Translations under genes and position numbers: made by a program
The notes under the pieces: generated by a model
Databases searched by the model: none
The model's input: the letters and a program-made list of their open reading frames with translations, nothing else
What the model was told of the DNA's origin: nothing
In this document: one piece after another, positions 52,718 through 60,508 of the stretch
Numbering within the stretch: the stretch's first letter is position 1
How the letters are laid out: each line of letters opens with the position of its first letter
DNA from: an uncultured Acidobacteriota bacterium
GTDB lineage: Bacteria > Acidobacteriota > Terriglobia > Terriglobales > Acidobacteriaceae
DNA length: 64,000 bases
Assembly: GCA_963793945.1 (NCBI GenBank)
Contig: CAWCCE010000001.1
Location: 525,716-589,715 of the forward strand
Reading direction: 5' to 3'

Positions 52718-52746
52718 ATCTTACTTTGGGCACCTTGTAAATGCAA
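52718..52746 (-). promoter_or_regulatory. candidate sigma70-like promoter for the gvpL/F-like gene
   Basis: On the minus strand: TTGCAT, 17 nt, TAAGAT, ~150 nt upstream of ATG 52569. Confidence 0.35.
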
Positions 52747-52777
52747 CTTTTTCTTGCAGTGGAGCATCGGCAGGTGT

Positions 52778-54370
52778 TTATTTGGCGATCGTTGCGTGGT
52801 TCGCGCGCTCCTGTTGGGCCAGGAGTACGACTCGCAGCATCTCGTCCCAGGGGGCGGGTTTGCCCGTCCATATCTCGAATTGGCGGGCCGCTTGATGCAC
52901 GAACATTTCGATCCCAGAAATGACTTGTGCTCCACGCTCCTTCGCCAGTTTCAGAAGCCGCGTTTCTGCCGGATCATAAACCATATCAAAGACATAGCGG
53001 GCATTGATCTCTTTGTCCTGAAGTGGCGTTTCGCGCGTATTTCCCATCCCAACCGGAGTGGCATTGATGATCACATCGAACGCCACCTTCTTCAGATCCG
53101 GACGCTTCATGAGTCGGGCGCGTGCCTGATGCGCCAGCTTTTTTGCGTGCGCTGCACTGCGATTCAGAATGTAGACTTCCGCGCCTCGTTCTTTGAGGCC
53201 GAACACAGCGGCGCGCGCTGCGCCTCCTGCTCCGATTACTAGAATCCTGGCACCCTCGATCGTGCTTAGGCGGCGTTCCAGCGGGCGAACCACTCCAGCT
53301 GTATCCGTATTGAAGCCGTAGAGTTTGCCATCCTGTGCGCGCACGACCGTGTTACAAGCGCCGACCTTGGTGGTGTGCGAGTCGGTGTTATCGAGGTGTG
53401 GCAGGATCGCTTCCTTGTACGGCATCGTCACGCTGATGCCATGAATCGGGATCTCTTTGACGCAGGTCAAGAGATCCTTCAGAGTCTTAGCGTGCAGCGC
53501 TAAGTAAACACCGTTAACGTTCTCGCGGCGGAACGCCGCGTTCATGATTGCCGGAGAAAGCGAGTGCGCGATCGGATCTCCAACGACGCCATAGACCTTG
53601 GTCGCGACGTCCACCTGATCGATGCGATATACGCTGCGCAATTCCTGCGCTGTGGCTTGCCCGGGAGCGGTCTCCTGTCCCGCGCCCGCCGAAGCGAAGG
53701 TAAACAGGCTCCCAGCGCGAACGCCCAAGACGCGACTGATGATTCCTTGCTCCCCCATGCACATGCCGACCAGGGAATGCCGGTCGCCTTCGCGCGACAG
53801 GAATTTGATCATGGTCACGTTGTCCGCGAGCGTCGTCGCTGTGCTGACGACTTTGTAATAGTCTGCCGGATACGCGGCCATTTTTTCGAGAGCCTCGTCC
53901 AATTTCTTGGTCGCCCGAAAATCGTGGAACGAAAGGATCAAGCCGGCGCGGGAACGAAGCTTCTGCAATTGAGCAGGCTTACACTTGCTGGCGGTTTGAA
54001 GCTCCACGTCTACTAACTGGCAGCCTGCAGCGATTGCTTTCCCCAGAATGTCGAGTTGCGATGCGATGGAGCCGCGGAACTTGCCTCCATTGGAGGCCCG
54101 GCGGCAAGTGGCAATTACTACCGTACCGGGATAGCTTTCAATGAATCGCTTAACGCGAGGAAGCGCCAGTCCCGGCTTGGCGAGGTAGTCTAACCTGAAC
54201 TCTAGGAAAGAGTTATCCCGGGTCAGTCCTTCGGCCTTTTCGACCATTTCGTTCGCGTCAGCACCAATAACGGCAACGCAAACTCGCGGCAACCGCAAGG
54301 GCAGCAGGCGTGGTGCGAGAGGGGTGGCCGAAATCATCGTTCTCAGTTGTGTACCCGGTTCAACGTTCAT
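52778..54370 (-). CDS. bifunctional 3-dehydroquinate dehydratase (type I) / shikimate 5-dehydrogenase fusion
   Basis: The N-terminal half has AroD-like motifs (EFRLDYL, IATCR...GG.F.G, VDVEL, ILSFHDF). The C-terminal half is AroE-like (VYGVVGDPIAHSLSP..MN.AF, SVTMPYKE, NT, GFNTD, VIGAGGAARA). Confidence 0.9.
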   Translation of the reverse strand: MNVEPGTQLRTMISATPLAPRLLPLRLPRVCVAVIGADANEMVEKAEGLTRDNSFLEFRLDYLAKPGLALPRVKRFIESYPGTVVIATCRRASNGGKFRGSIASQLDILGKAIAAGCQLVDVELQTASKCKPAQLQKLRSRAGLILSFHDFRATKKLDEALEKMAAYPADYYKVVSTATTLADNVTMIKFLSREGDRHSLVGMCMGEQGIISRVLGVRAGSLFTFASAGAGQETAPGQATAQELRSVYRIDQVDVATKVYGVVGDPIAHSLSPAIMNAAFRRENVNGVYLALHAKTLKDLLTCVKEIPIHGISVTMPYKEAILPHLDNTDSHTTKVGACNTVVRAQDGKLYGFNTDTAGVVRPLERRLSTIEGARILVIGAGGAARAAVFGLKERGAEVYILNRSAAHAKKLAHQARARLMKRPDLKKVAFDVIINATPVGMGNTRETPLQDKEINARYVFDMVYDPAETRLLKLAKERGAQVISGIEMFVHQAARQFEIWTGKPAPWDEMLRVVLLAQQERANHATIAK

Positions 54371-54575
54371 CGGGACGAACGGCGAATTATTACAGGCACT
54401 TAATTACTTATGCAACAAGGGATTAACATCCGGGGCCAAAAACTTCTGCTCCGGGGTGCCCAACACCCTCGTAACCTTGACCCTCCCGTAGCTGCTTGTT
54501 ACCTTCCGCTTGAAGCCTTTCTTTTCTGGCGTTTAACAAGGGAGAAGGACTGCGAAACGGCTCCCCGGAGGTAAC

Positions 54576-55532
54576 ATGAAGAAAACAGGATTGTTAGTAC
54601 TGGTGCTCGCGACGGCAGCTTGGGGACAGTCGGCAGATGATAGCGCCGCGGCAGCGGCACCCCAAGGAACTGTCCCGACCACGGCGAGCTTTCCCACCGA
54701 GCGGGTGCAGACACCCACTTATTCCGACCTTTATTGTGCTGGTTTCATCAGCAAACATATCCTGCCCGATGCCAACTTCGTTGCTGGCGGGTTGCAGACG
54801 CCGTCTACCACGAAGTTTACTCGTGGGGACATCGTGTACCTTGAGGGAACCGGATACACAGCGGGCGCTGAATACGAAGTCATCCGCGAATTGAGGGATG
54901 CCAATGAGTATGAAATGTACCCGGGCCAGAAAAAGCTGATGAAGGAAACGGGGCAGCCGTATGAAGAGGTGGGCCGGGTGAAAATCGTGGACACCCGCAA
55001 CAAGACCGCCATCGGGCAGATCGAATATGCCTGCGACGGCGTGAATCCGGGCGATACGACGATTCCGTTTGCCGAGAAGCCAGCCCTGACCTTCCACACT
55101 CCCATGCGCTTCGACCGCTTTCTTCCAGCGGGCAGTAAGGTTTCCGGCCGGATCGTGATGGGTAAGGATTTCGATTCAGAACTGGGGACGGGCCAGAAGG
55201 TGTATCTCAACGTTGGCTCAAACCAGGGTGTGAAGATAGGCGACTACTTCCGTGCCGTGCGCTCTTACGAAGCCGACCTGAAAGACCCGGTGGATTCGCT
55301 CTCCTTCAAGGCTGCCATCGCCGAGGACACGCAGAAGAAGGTGCCCTCAGTCGATCCGGCAATGTTCACAAAAGGGAACGGTCCTGTGATTCACGTGCGC
55401 GACCTGCCCCGCAGAGCTGTATCCGAGATCGTGATCATTGGCGTTACCGACACGACCGCTACCGGCATGATTGTCTTCTCTTTGGAAGACACGCATGCTG
55501 GCGACAACGTGGAAATCGATCAGACCAACTAG
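54576..55532 (+). CDS. secreted hypothetical protein with two related beta-rich modules
   Basis: Signal peptide MKKTGLLVLVLATAAWGQ (GGAGG RBS). Internal duplication visible by eye: GD.VYLEG.G...G.EYEVIR....G.VKIVD.....A.GQI......V..GD versus GQKVYLNVG...GVKIGDYFRAVR....SEIVIIGV....ATGMIV.......GD. Confidence 0.6.
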   Translation: MKKTGLLVLVLATAAWGQSADDSAAAAAPQGTVPTTASFPTERVQTPTYSDLYCAGFISKHILPDANFVAGGLQTPSTTKFTRGDIVYLEGTGYTAGAEYEVIRELRDANEYEMYPGQKKLMKETGQPYEEVGRVKIVDTRNKTAIGQIEYACDGVNPGDTTIPFAEKPALTFHTPMRFDRFLPAGSKVSGRIVMGKDFDSELGTGQKVYLNVGSNQGVKIGDYFRAVRSYEADLKDPVDSLSFKAAIAEDTQKKVPSVDPAMFTKGNGPVIHVRDLPRRAVSEIVIIGVTDTTATGMIVFSLEDTHAGDNVEIDQTN

Positions 55533-55556
55533 TTCGCTGTAGTTCTGCTGTCCCAG

Positions 55557-55590
55557 ACCGGGAACGCAAAAGCGTTCCCGGTTTCGTTTT
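55557..55590 (+). terminator. intrinsic terminator
   Basis: ACCGGGAACGC-AAAA-GCGTTCCCGGT is a perfect 11-bp stem followed by TTCGTTTTG. Lies 25 nt after the stop. Confidence 0.8.
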
Positions 55591-55850
55591 GCTTGCACTA
55601 CACATCGTCAAGTGTGACTTCTACACATGGCAGCCAATCTCGCGATTTATGAAGAGGCCGCCAGCATCAGCCATCGCTGCCGGCGTGCCGGTTGGTCAGT
55701 TCGTCCGTAGATGTGCTGATGTGTTCCGTAGCGCTACGGCGCAATTGGAAGATATTTACGACGGATCGCGATTTCACCCACTACCAGCGGGTGGTGCCCT
55801 TGCGGCTTCTCGTTCCATCGCGATAGCAGCACCCCTCACGGGTGCGATGC

Positions 55851-56438
55851 TCAGTGCTTATCGCCAAAGACCTCAGCAGTGAACGCTTCGATAATTGCAC
55901 CATTCCGCCATGCGTCCATCGGTAATCCTGCCTTATGACAGGTGTGATTGAGGAACGTTTCCCGATCCCAATTATGTTCAACCGGAACCTGGGGCAGTAG
56001 AAGCCCGCGGCGTCCGGCCATGCTGATCACAAGTCCGTGGCGTCCGATCTCAATAGATTCGGGGACAATCGACTGTGGGAGAGAGAGGATGCTGAGCTCC
56101 ACGTCGAGATGGGGTGCCTCTTCCATCTTCACGGGCGGAAACCGTGTGTCTTCGAAAGCAGCGGCTCGAGCTGTTTCCGACACTACGCGATACACGGAAC
56201 CGATCGGCAGAACGTATCCGACACATCCGCGCAATGCACCGTTAAGGTACAGCGACGTGAATACCCCACGAGGTTCTTCGAGATGAGGGGTCGGAGGCTT
56301 GAGCGGAATCTCTCGGCTTTCGAGCGCAGAAAGAATCGAGTCGTGAGCTAGTCGCAAAAGCAGAACTCTCTCGTCTTGCGAGAATTCGCCACGGGAGGAT
56401 TGCTCGAAATCAACGGGACTAGGTAGAGGCTGCGACAT
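55851..56438 (-). CDS. AMMECR1-domain protein (AmmeMemoRadiSam system protein A)
   Basis: GVF.SLY.NG.LRGC+GY..P......V...A..AAFED.RFPP+...E...L..E+S+L. 195 aa. Confidence 0.85.
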   Translation of the reverse strand: MSQPLPSPVDFEQSSRGEFSQDERVLLLRLAHDSILSALESREIPLKPPTPHLEEPRGVFTSLYLNGALRGCVGYVLPIGSVYRVVSETARAAAFEDTRFPPVKMEEAPHLDVELSILSLPQSIVPESIEIGRHGLVISMAGRRGLLLPQVPVEHNWDRETFLNHTCHKAGLPMDAWRNGAIIEAFTAEVFGDKH

Positions 56439-57153
56439 CAGGATCGGCCGCCGGCCGTGCGGGTTTTCTCCGCCGGCTCAGGATGAAGGCGCGGCGGCGG
56501 CGCTTGACCACGCGCCGATCAATCTTCGACCAGAAGGCCACAAAGTAGTCGATCGCCGACACCAGAGAGACGAATACCATAAACCAAATCGCGAGATACG
56601 CAATCCAGTGAATCGGAAGGAAATAATTTCCGTAGACCGGCCATTCTTTCCAGTGATGATCCAGAATGACCGCGACTACTGAGACGATCTGCACCACCAT
56701 TTTCAGCTTGCCAAGTTGGCTGGCTTCAATAGTGAATCCTTCCGACGCCGCGATCGAGCGCAATCCACTGACTAAGAACTCGCGTCCAATGACAACCACC
56801 GCAATCCATGCAGGAACCAGGCTGGGATTTAGCTGCACCAGCGTCACAAACGCGGCTGCGATGAGAAGTTTGTCGGCGAGCGGATCCAGCAAAATGCCGA
56901 TGGTTGTGATCTGTCCGCGCCTGCGCGCCAGATAGCCGTCGATACCATCCGTCATAGAGGCCGCGATAAAAAGGGCGGACGCCAGCAACTCTCTCTCTCC
57001 GGTGATCCCATTGAACCGTGGGCTTGAAAGAATCCACATCAGCAGAGGAATGCTGAAGATGCGAATGAGCGTGATGGAATTCGGTAGGTTCACACGACTA
57101 CGGGGGGCTCCGGTGGCCAGCCGGCAACCAAGTTGATTATCCTCCTCGGCCAA
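56419..57153 (-). CDS. pgsA: CDP-diacylglycerol--glycerol-3-phosphate 3-phosphatidyltransferase with basic C-terminal tail
   Basis: NLPN.IT..R......+; CDP-alcohol phosphotransferase motif DG.DG.LAR.......G..LDP.ADK. R/K-rich 40-aa C-terminal extension. Overlaps the AMMECR1 start by 20 nt. Confidence 0.85.
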   Translation of the reverse strand: MAEEDNQLGCRLATGAPRSRVNLPNSITLIRIFSIPLLMWILSSPRFNGITGERELLASALFIAASMTDGIDGYLARRRGQITTIGILLDPLADKLLIAAAFVTLVQLNPSLVPAWIAVVVIGREFLVSGLRSIAASEGFTIEASQLGKLKMVVQIVSVVAVILDHHWKEWPVYGNYFLPIHWIAYLAIWFMVFVSLVSAIDYFVAFWSKIDRRVVKRRRRAFILSRRRKPARPAADPDVAAST

Positions 57154-57235
57154 AGGGAACGCAATGGAGCAGAAGTCACAAAAGACTGGAATTGGGGACG
57201 AGGAATTTCTCCGTCCCCAATCTGAACTGCACTCT

Positions 57236-57649
57236 CTAGCTGGCGGTGCCGGTCTTGCCGAGGGAGGAGAGCAGACTCTCCCCCATCTGCATGAGGTTGG
57301 ACTGTTCAGGAACGGCGCCGTTAGGCGACAACTTGTCCATCACAGTTGGAAGCAATTGCGAGAGCGTCGCGCCTGCCTGCTCCGGTGAAACTCCTAGTTT
57401 CTGCGCCAGTGCCTGCACTGGGCCAGAGCCCAATACCTGCTGAATCTGAGCAGGGCTGACAGACTGGTTTTCGCCAGTGCTAATCCACGAGTTCACTAAC
57501 CCACCCAAGCCGTTGCTGTGGAAGGATTGCACCAGCCCCGACACGCCACCGGGATGATTTTGGATCATCTCCAAGACTGCGGAGGCTTCGGGATTGGAAC
57601 CCGCTACTCTACTTGCTGCGATGTTTTCCAGATTGTCCAACAAACCCAT
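57236..57649 (-). CDS. YidB-family protein (DUF937)
   Basis: MGLLDNL...; GG+.GL+..F...GLG..+.SW+.TG.N..+S..Q+...LG......LA...G+S.......L+.LLP..+D.L+P.G. Confidence 0.8.
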   Translation of the reverse strand: MGLLDNLENIAASRVAGSNPEASAVLEMIQNHPGGVSGLVQSFHSNGLGGLVNSWISTGENQSVSPAQIQQVLGSGPVQALAQKLGVSPEQAGATLSQLLPTVMDKLSPNGAVPEQSNLMQMGESLLSSLGKTGTAS

Positions 57650-57733
57650 AAATACTCCTTTCAGACAGACCGAGCGTTACAGATCGGAGCGCGAAGGTCT
57701 GGAACCATTGGAAGCATTCCAGACCCTCGTGGC

Positions 57734-58054
57734 TCATTTTTGCTTGGCGATAATCTTGTCCTTGATTTTGTTGTAGGTTGCCTGCGGAAGGACTTTCTTC
57801 CGGACGAGATCGGTCTTAGCTTTGTAGGGCCGTCCGTCGATGATCTTCTGGGAATACACAGCTCCAATGCCAGGAAGCGCATCGAGCTGATCTTTCGTAG
57901 CAGAGTTGATGTCGAGCAAGTCAGCCGACGCGGAAGCGGTCGTGCCCTTGCTCGGGGCCATGGTGCCTGCGGCTTGGGCCATGCTCAGACAGCTGAATAG
58001 TGAAATGCCAGCGAGAACGATGAGAATGCGCGAGAGCAGAGTTTTCTTTGTCAT
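57734..58054 (-). CDS. secreted ComEA-like helix-hairpin-helix DNA-binding protein
   Basis: Signal peptide, then L+DINSAT.DQL.ALPGIG...+.KII..RPY, a tandem HhH motif. 106 aa. Confidence 0.8.
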   Translation of the reverse strand: MTKKTLLSRILIVLAGISLFSCLSMAQAAGTMAPSKGTTASASADLLDINSATKDQLDALPGIGAVYSQKIIDGRPYKAKTDLVRKKVLPQATYNKIKDKIIAKQK

Positions 58055-58075
58055 AGTTCCTCCTTCAGTTTCGAA

Positions 58076-58819
58076 TTAGTCGGATTGAGAAGCTTTATAG
58101 CCGGCAGCTTTGGCTTCGTCTTCGGTCATAAACTTGCCGCTCTTGGTCTTGCCATACCATCGCCCGCCTTTGTGGTAAACCTTCGAGTCCATATTGACCC
58201 AGACTTTGCCCGAAGATTTTGCAGCGGCGATGTCAGCGTCGGACGCGGCTGGGGTTGCAGCGGCCTTCGGCGCCGCTGCCTTCTTCGCGGGAGATGCTGC
58301 AGGTGCCATTGTGTTGGTTGCCGCTGGAGCGGGAGCGGCCGCCGGTGCTGGCTTCGAAGCAGGCGTTGCCGTTGCGGCCGGGGCCGCCATCGAGTTTGCC
58401 GCTGGTGCGGATGACCCGGTCGATGCCATCGACGAACTCGACTTCTTGCTCTTCTTGGAAGATGTCTTGGCGGTAGAGCTGCCCGCGGCTGATGCGCTCC
58501 CGGAAGCGGCATCGGTTGCCTTCGATGCTGAGGATTTCGAGGTATCGGCCGCTGGAGCGGAAGAGGCGCCGGCGGCGTCAGCCTTCTTGCTCTTCTTGGA
58601 TGTGGATGACTTCTTTGTGTTTGAAGTATCAGTAGCCGCCGCCGAGCTGTCAGTTCCAGCCGCTGCAGCTTTCTTGGATTTCTTCGATTTCTTGGTTGTA
58701 GTAGTCGAGCTTTGATCCGCCGGAGAACTGGATTGGGTTTGCGCCCACGCCATCGTTCCGGCGATCGCTAAAGACAGACACACAAATACGAACCATTTCG
58801 ACAGTAGTTTTTTGTTCAC
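58076..58819 (-). CDS. secreted low-complexity (Ala/Ser/Thr/Lys-rich, KKSKK repeats) protein with a small conserved C-terminal domain
   Basis: GTG 58819 with a GGGAGA RBS, giving signal peptide VNKKLLSKWFVFVCLSLAIAGTMAWAQ. About 190 aa predicted disordered. C-terminus is KVWVNMDSKVYHKGGRWYGKTKSGKFMTEDEAKAAGYK. Confidence 0.6.
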   Translation of the reverse strand: MNKKLLSKWFVFVCLSLAIAGTMAWAQTQSSSPADQSSTTTTKKSKKSKKAAAAGTDSSAAATDTSNTKKSSTSKKSKKADAAGASSAPAADTSKSSASKATDAASGSASAAGSSTAKTSSKKSKKSSSSMASTGSSAPAANSMAAPAATATPASKPAPAAAPAPAATNTMAPAASPAKKAAAPKAAATPAASDADIAAAKSSGKVWVNMDSKVYHKGGRWYGKTKSGKFMTEDEAKAAGYKASQSD

Positions 58820-59007
58820 AGGATTCTCCCGAAAAATGTTCGTGAGGCTGAGCGCGCCCCACATTCTTGGTGGAAAGATTTTTGCGCGCCAACGCGCCGA
58901 ACCCGAGCCCAAGTAGCGTGCTACATAATGACAAGGCCGGTCCGAATGGTCAAGCAAGAGAAAAGGCCTCCATCGAAATGGAGGCCCTGAATTCTGTGAG
59001 TCGAGAC

Positions 59008-60285
59008 TTAAGCGTAGATGCCGCGTTGCCGAATTGTGTAGGCCACACGGTCGATTGCCAGCATGTACGCGGCGATGCGATTGTTCACGTGGTGAGTTTC
59101 GGCGTAGCGCACAACGTCTTCAAATGAGGACTTCATGATCGCGTCGAGTTGTTCGTTGACCACTGACTCTTTCCAGAAATATCCTTGACGATCCTGCACC
59201 CACTCGAAATAGGAAGTGGTCACGCCGCCGGCGTTTGCGAGAATGTCAGGAATCACGAAGACTCCCTTGTCGGTGAGGATATCGTCAGCCGCGGATGTTG
59301 TCGGCCCGTTTGCGCCCTCCGCGAGGATGCGGCACTTCACGCGATCAGCGTTGCGGCTGGTGATGACATTCTCGGTGGCCGCTGGAATCAGAATCTCGCA
59401 ATCTTCCACCAACAAGTCGGCAGTCTCGGCTTTTTCCGCGCCGGGAAATCCGTGGACGGTTCCGTTTTTCTGTCGGAAGTCGACCAGAGCCTTCAAGTCG
59501 ATGCCGTTCTTGTTGTGCAAGCCGCCACCAACTTCGGCGATGCCGATCACTTTGTAGCCCGCTTGATGCATCAGCAACGCCGCATTCGATCCCACGTTGC
59601 CGAAGCCCTGCACGATCACGCGCGTGCGAGTGCGATCGAGGCCCAACTTCTGGCAAGCCTCATCGCACACAATCATCACTCCGCGTCCGGTAGCTTCGCG
59701 GCGTCCACGAGAGCCGCCGATGTTGATCGGCTTGCCGGTCACCACGGCGGTCACCGTCTGGCGCATGTGCATGGAGTACGTATCCATCATCCACGCCATA
59801 ATTTGTTCGTTGGTGTTGACGTCGGGAGCTGGTACATCTTTTTCCGGACCGATGAATTCAATGAGTTCAGAAGTGTAACGGCGAGTCATGCGCTCGACTT
59901 CGCCCATCGACATCTTATGCGGATCGCAGATCACGCCGCCCTTGGCTCCGCCGAACGGAATGTTCACCACTGCGCATTTCCACGTCATCCAACTAGCCAA
60001 TGCTCGCACTTCATCCAGCGTTACATCCGGTGCGTAACGAATGCCACCTTTGGCAGGTCCGCGCGCAATCGAATGCTGCACGCGGAAGCCGGTGAAGACC
60101 TCGAGGTGGCCGTCGTCCATCTGCACTGGAATGTAGACCGTGACTTCACGGTTGGGGTAGCGCAGGACTCGCCACAAGCCCTCGTCCAGATTCAGTTTCT
60201 GAGCGGCCAGGTCGAAGCGCGCACGCTGCGACTCCCACGGATTTGTTTCTTTATCCACATGCGGGGGCGTTGTAATCGTCGTCAT
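59008..60285 (-). CDS. gdhA: Glu/Leu/Phe/Val-family glutamate dehydrogenase
   Basis: [11 protein letters not shown], catalytic-Lys region FGGAKGG, Rossmann [11 protein letters not shown] 60285 with a GGAGAA RBS. Confidence 0.92.
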   Translation of the reverse strand: MTTITTPPHVDKETNPWESQRARFDLAAQKLNLDEGLWRVLRYPNREVTVYIPVQMDDGHLEVFTGFRVQHSIARGPAKGGIRYAPDVTLDEVRALASWMTWKCAVVNIPFGGAKGGVICDPHKMSMGEVERMTRRYTSELIEFIGPEKDVPAPDVNTNEQIMAWMMDTYSMHMRQTVTAVVTGKPINIGGSRGRREATGRGVMIVCDEACQKLGLDRTRTRVIVQGFGNVGSNAALLMHQAGYKVIGIAEVGGGLHNKNGIDLKALVDFRQKNGTVHGFPGAEKAETADLLVEDCEILIPAATENVITSRNADRVKCRILAEGANGPTTSAADDILTDKGVFVIPDILANAGGVTTSYFEWVQDRQGYFWKESVVNEQLDAIMKSSFEDVVRYAETHHVNNRIAAYMLAIDRVAYTIRQRGIYA

Positions 60286-60508
60286 AAAAGGGTTCTCCGG
60301 AATGATGGCAGCCAGCGATTGAGGGCGGATGCCTGCCATTGCCGGACGATTTCCGGCTGTAGGCGGCCAAACGTTCAGAGTATATGAGGCTGGATGGCAG
60401 GGAAGCAAGCCGCATAGGTTGATCACGGTGGTGACTTGCGGTTCGTTCCGGAATGCCGAGACGAGATCCGGCTACTCCATTGCCATGAGTTGCAGGTTCG
60501 TCGCAGCG

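Noticed and set aside
55589-55882. 97-aa ORF in the spacer after the 55557 terminator
   Set aside because: It starts inside the terminator U-tract, has no RBS, and has Ala/Arg-rich composition. The spacer more likely holds 3' structures of the convergent pgsA-AMMECR1 operon, such as palindrome CCGTAGCGCTACGG at 55726-39.
58194-58715. 173-aa Ala/Gly-rich ORF antisense to the low-complexity secreted protein (and other frames in 58085-58512)
   Set aside because: Low-complexity GC-rich DNA is open in several frames. Only the minus-strand frame from GTG 58819 has an RBS, a signal peptide and a structured C-terminal domain.
59185-60387. 400-aa plus-strand ORF opposite gdh
   Set aside because: This is a shadow ORF. 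The minus strand encodes a textbook glutamate dehydrogenase.
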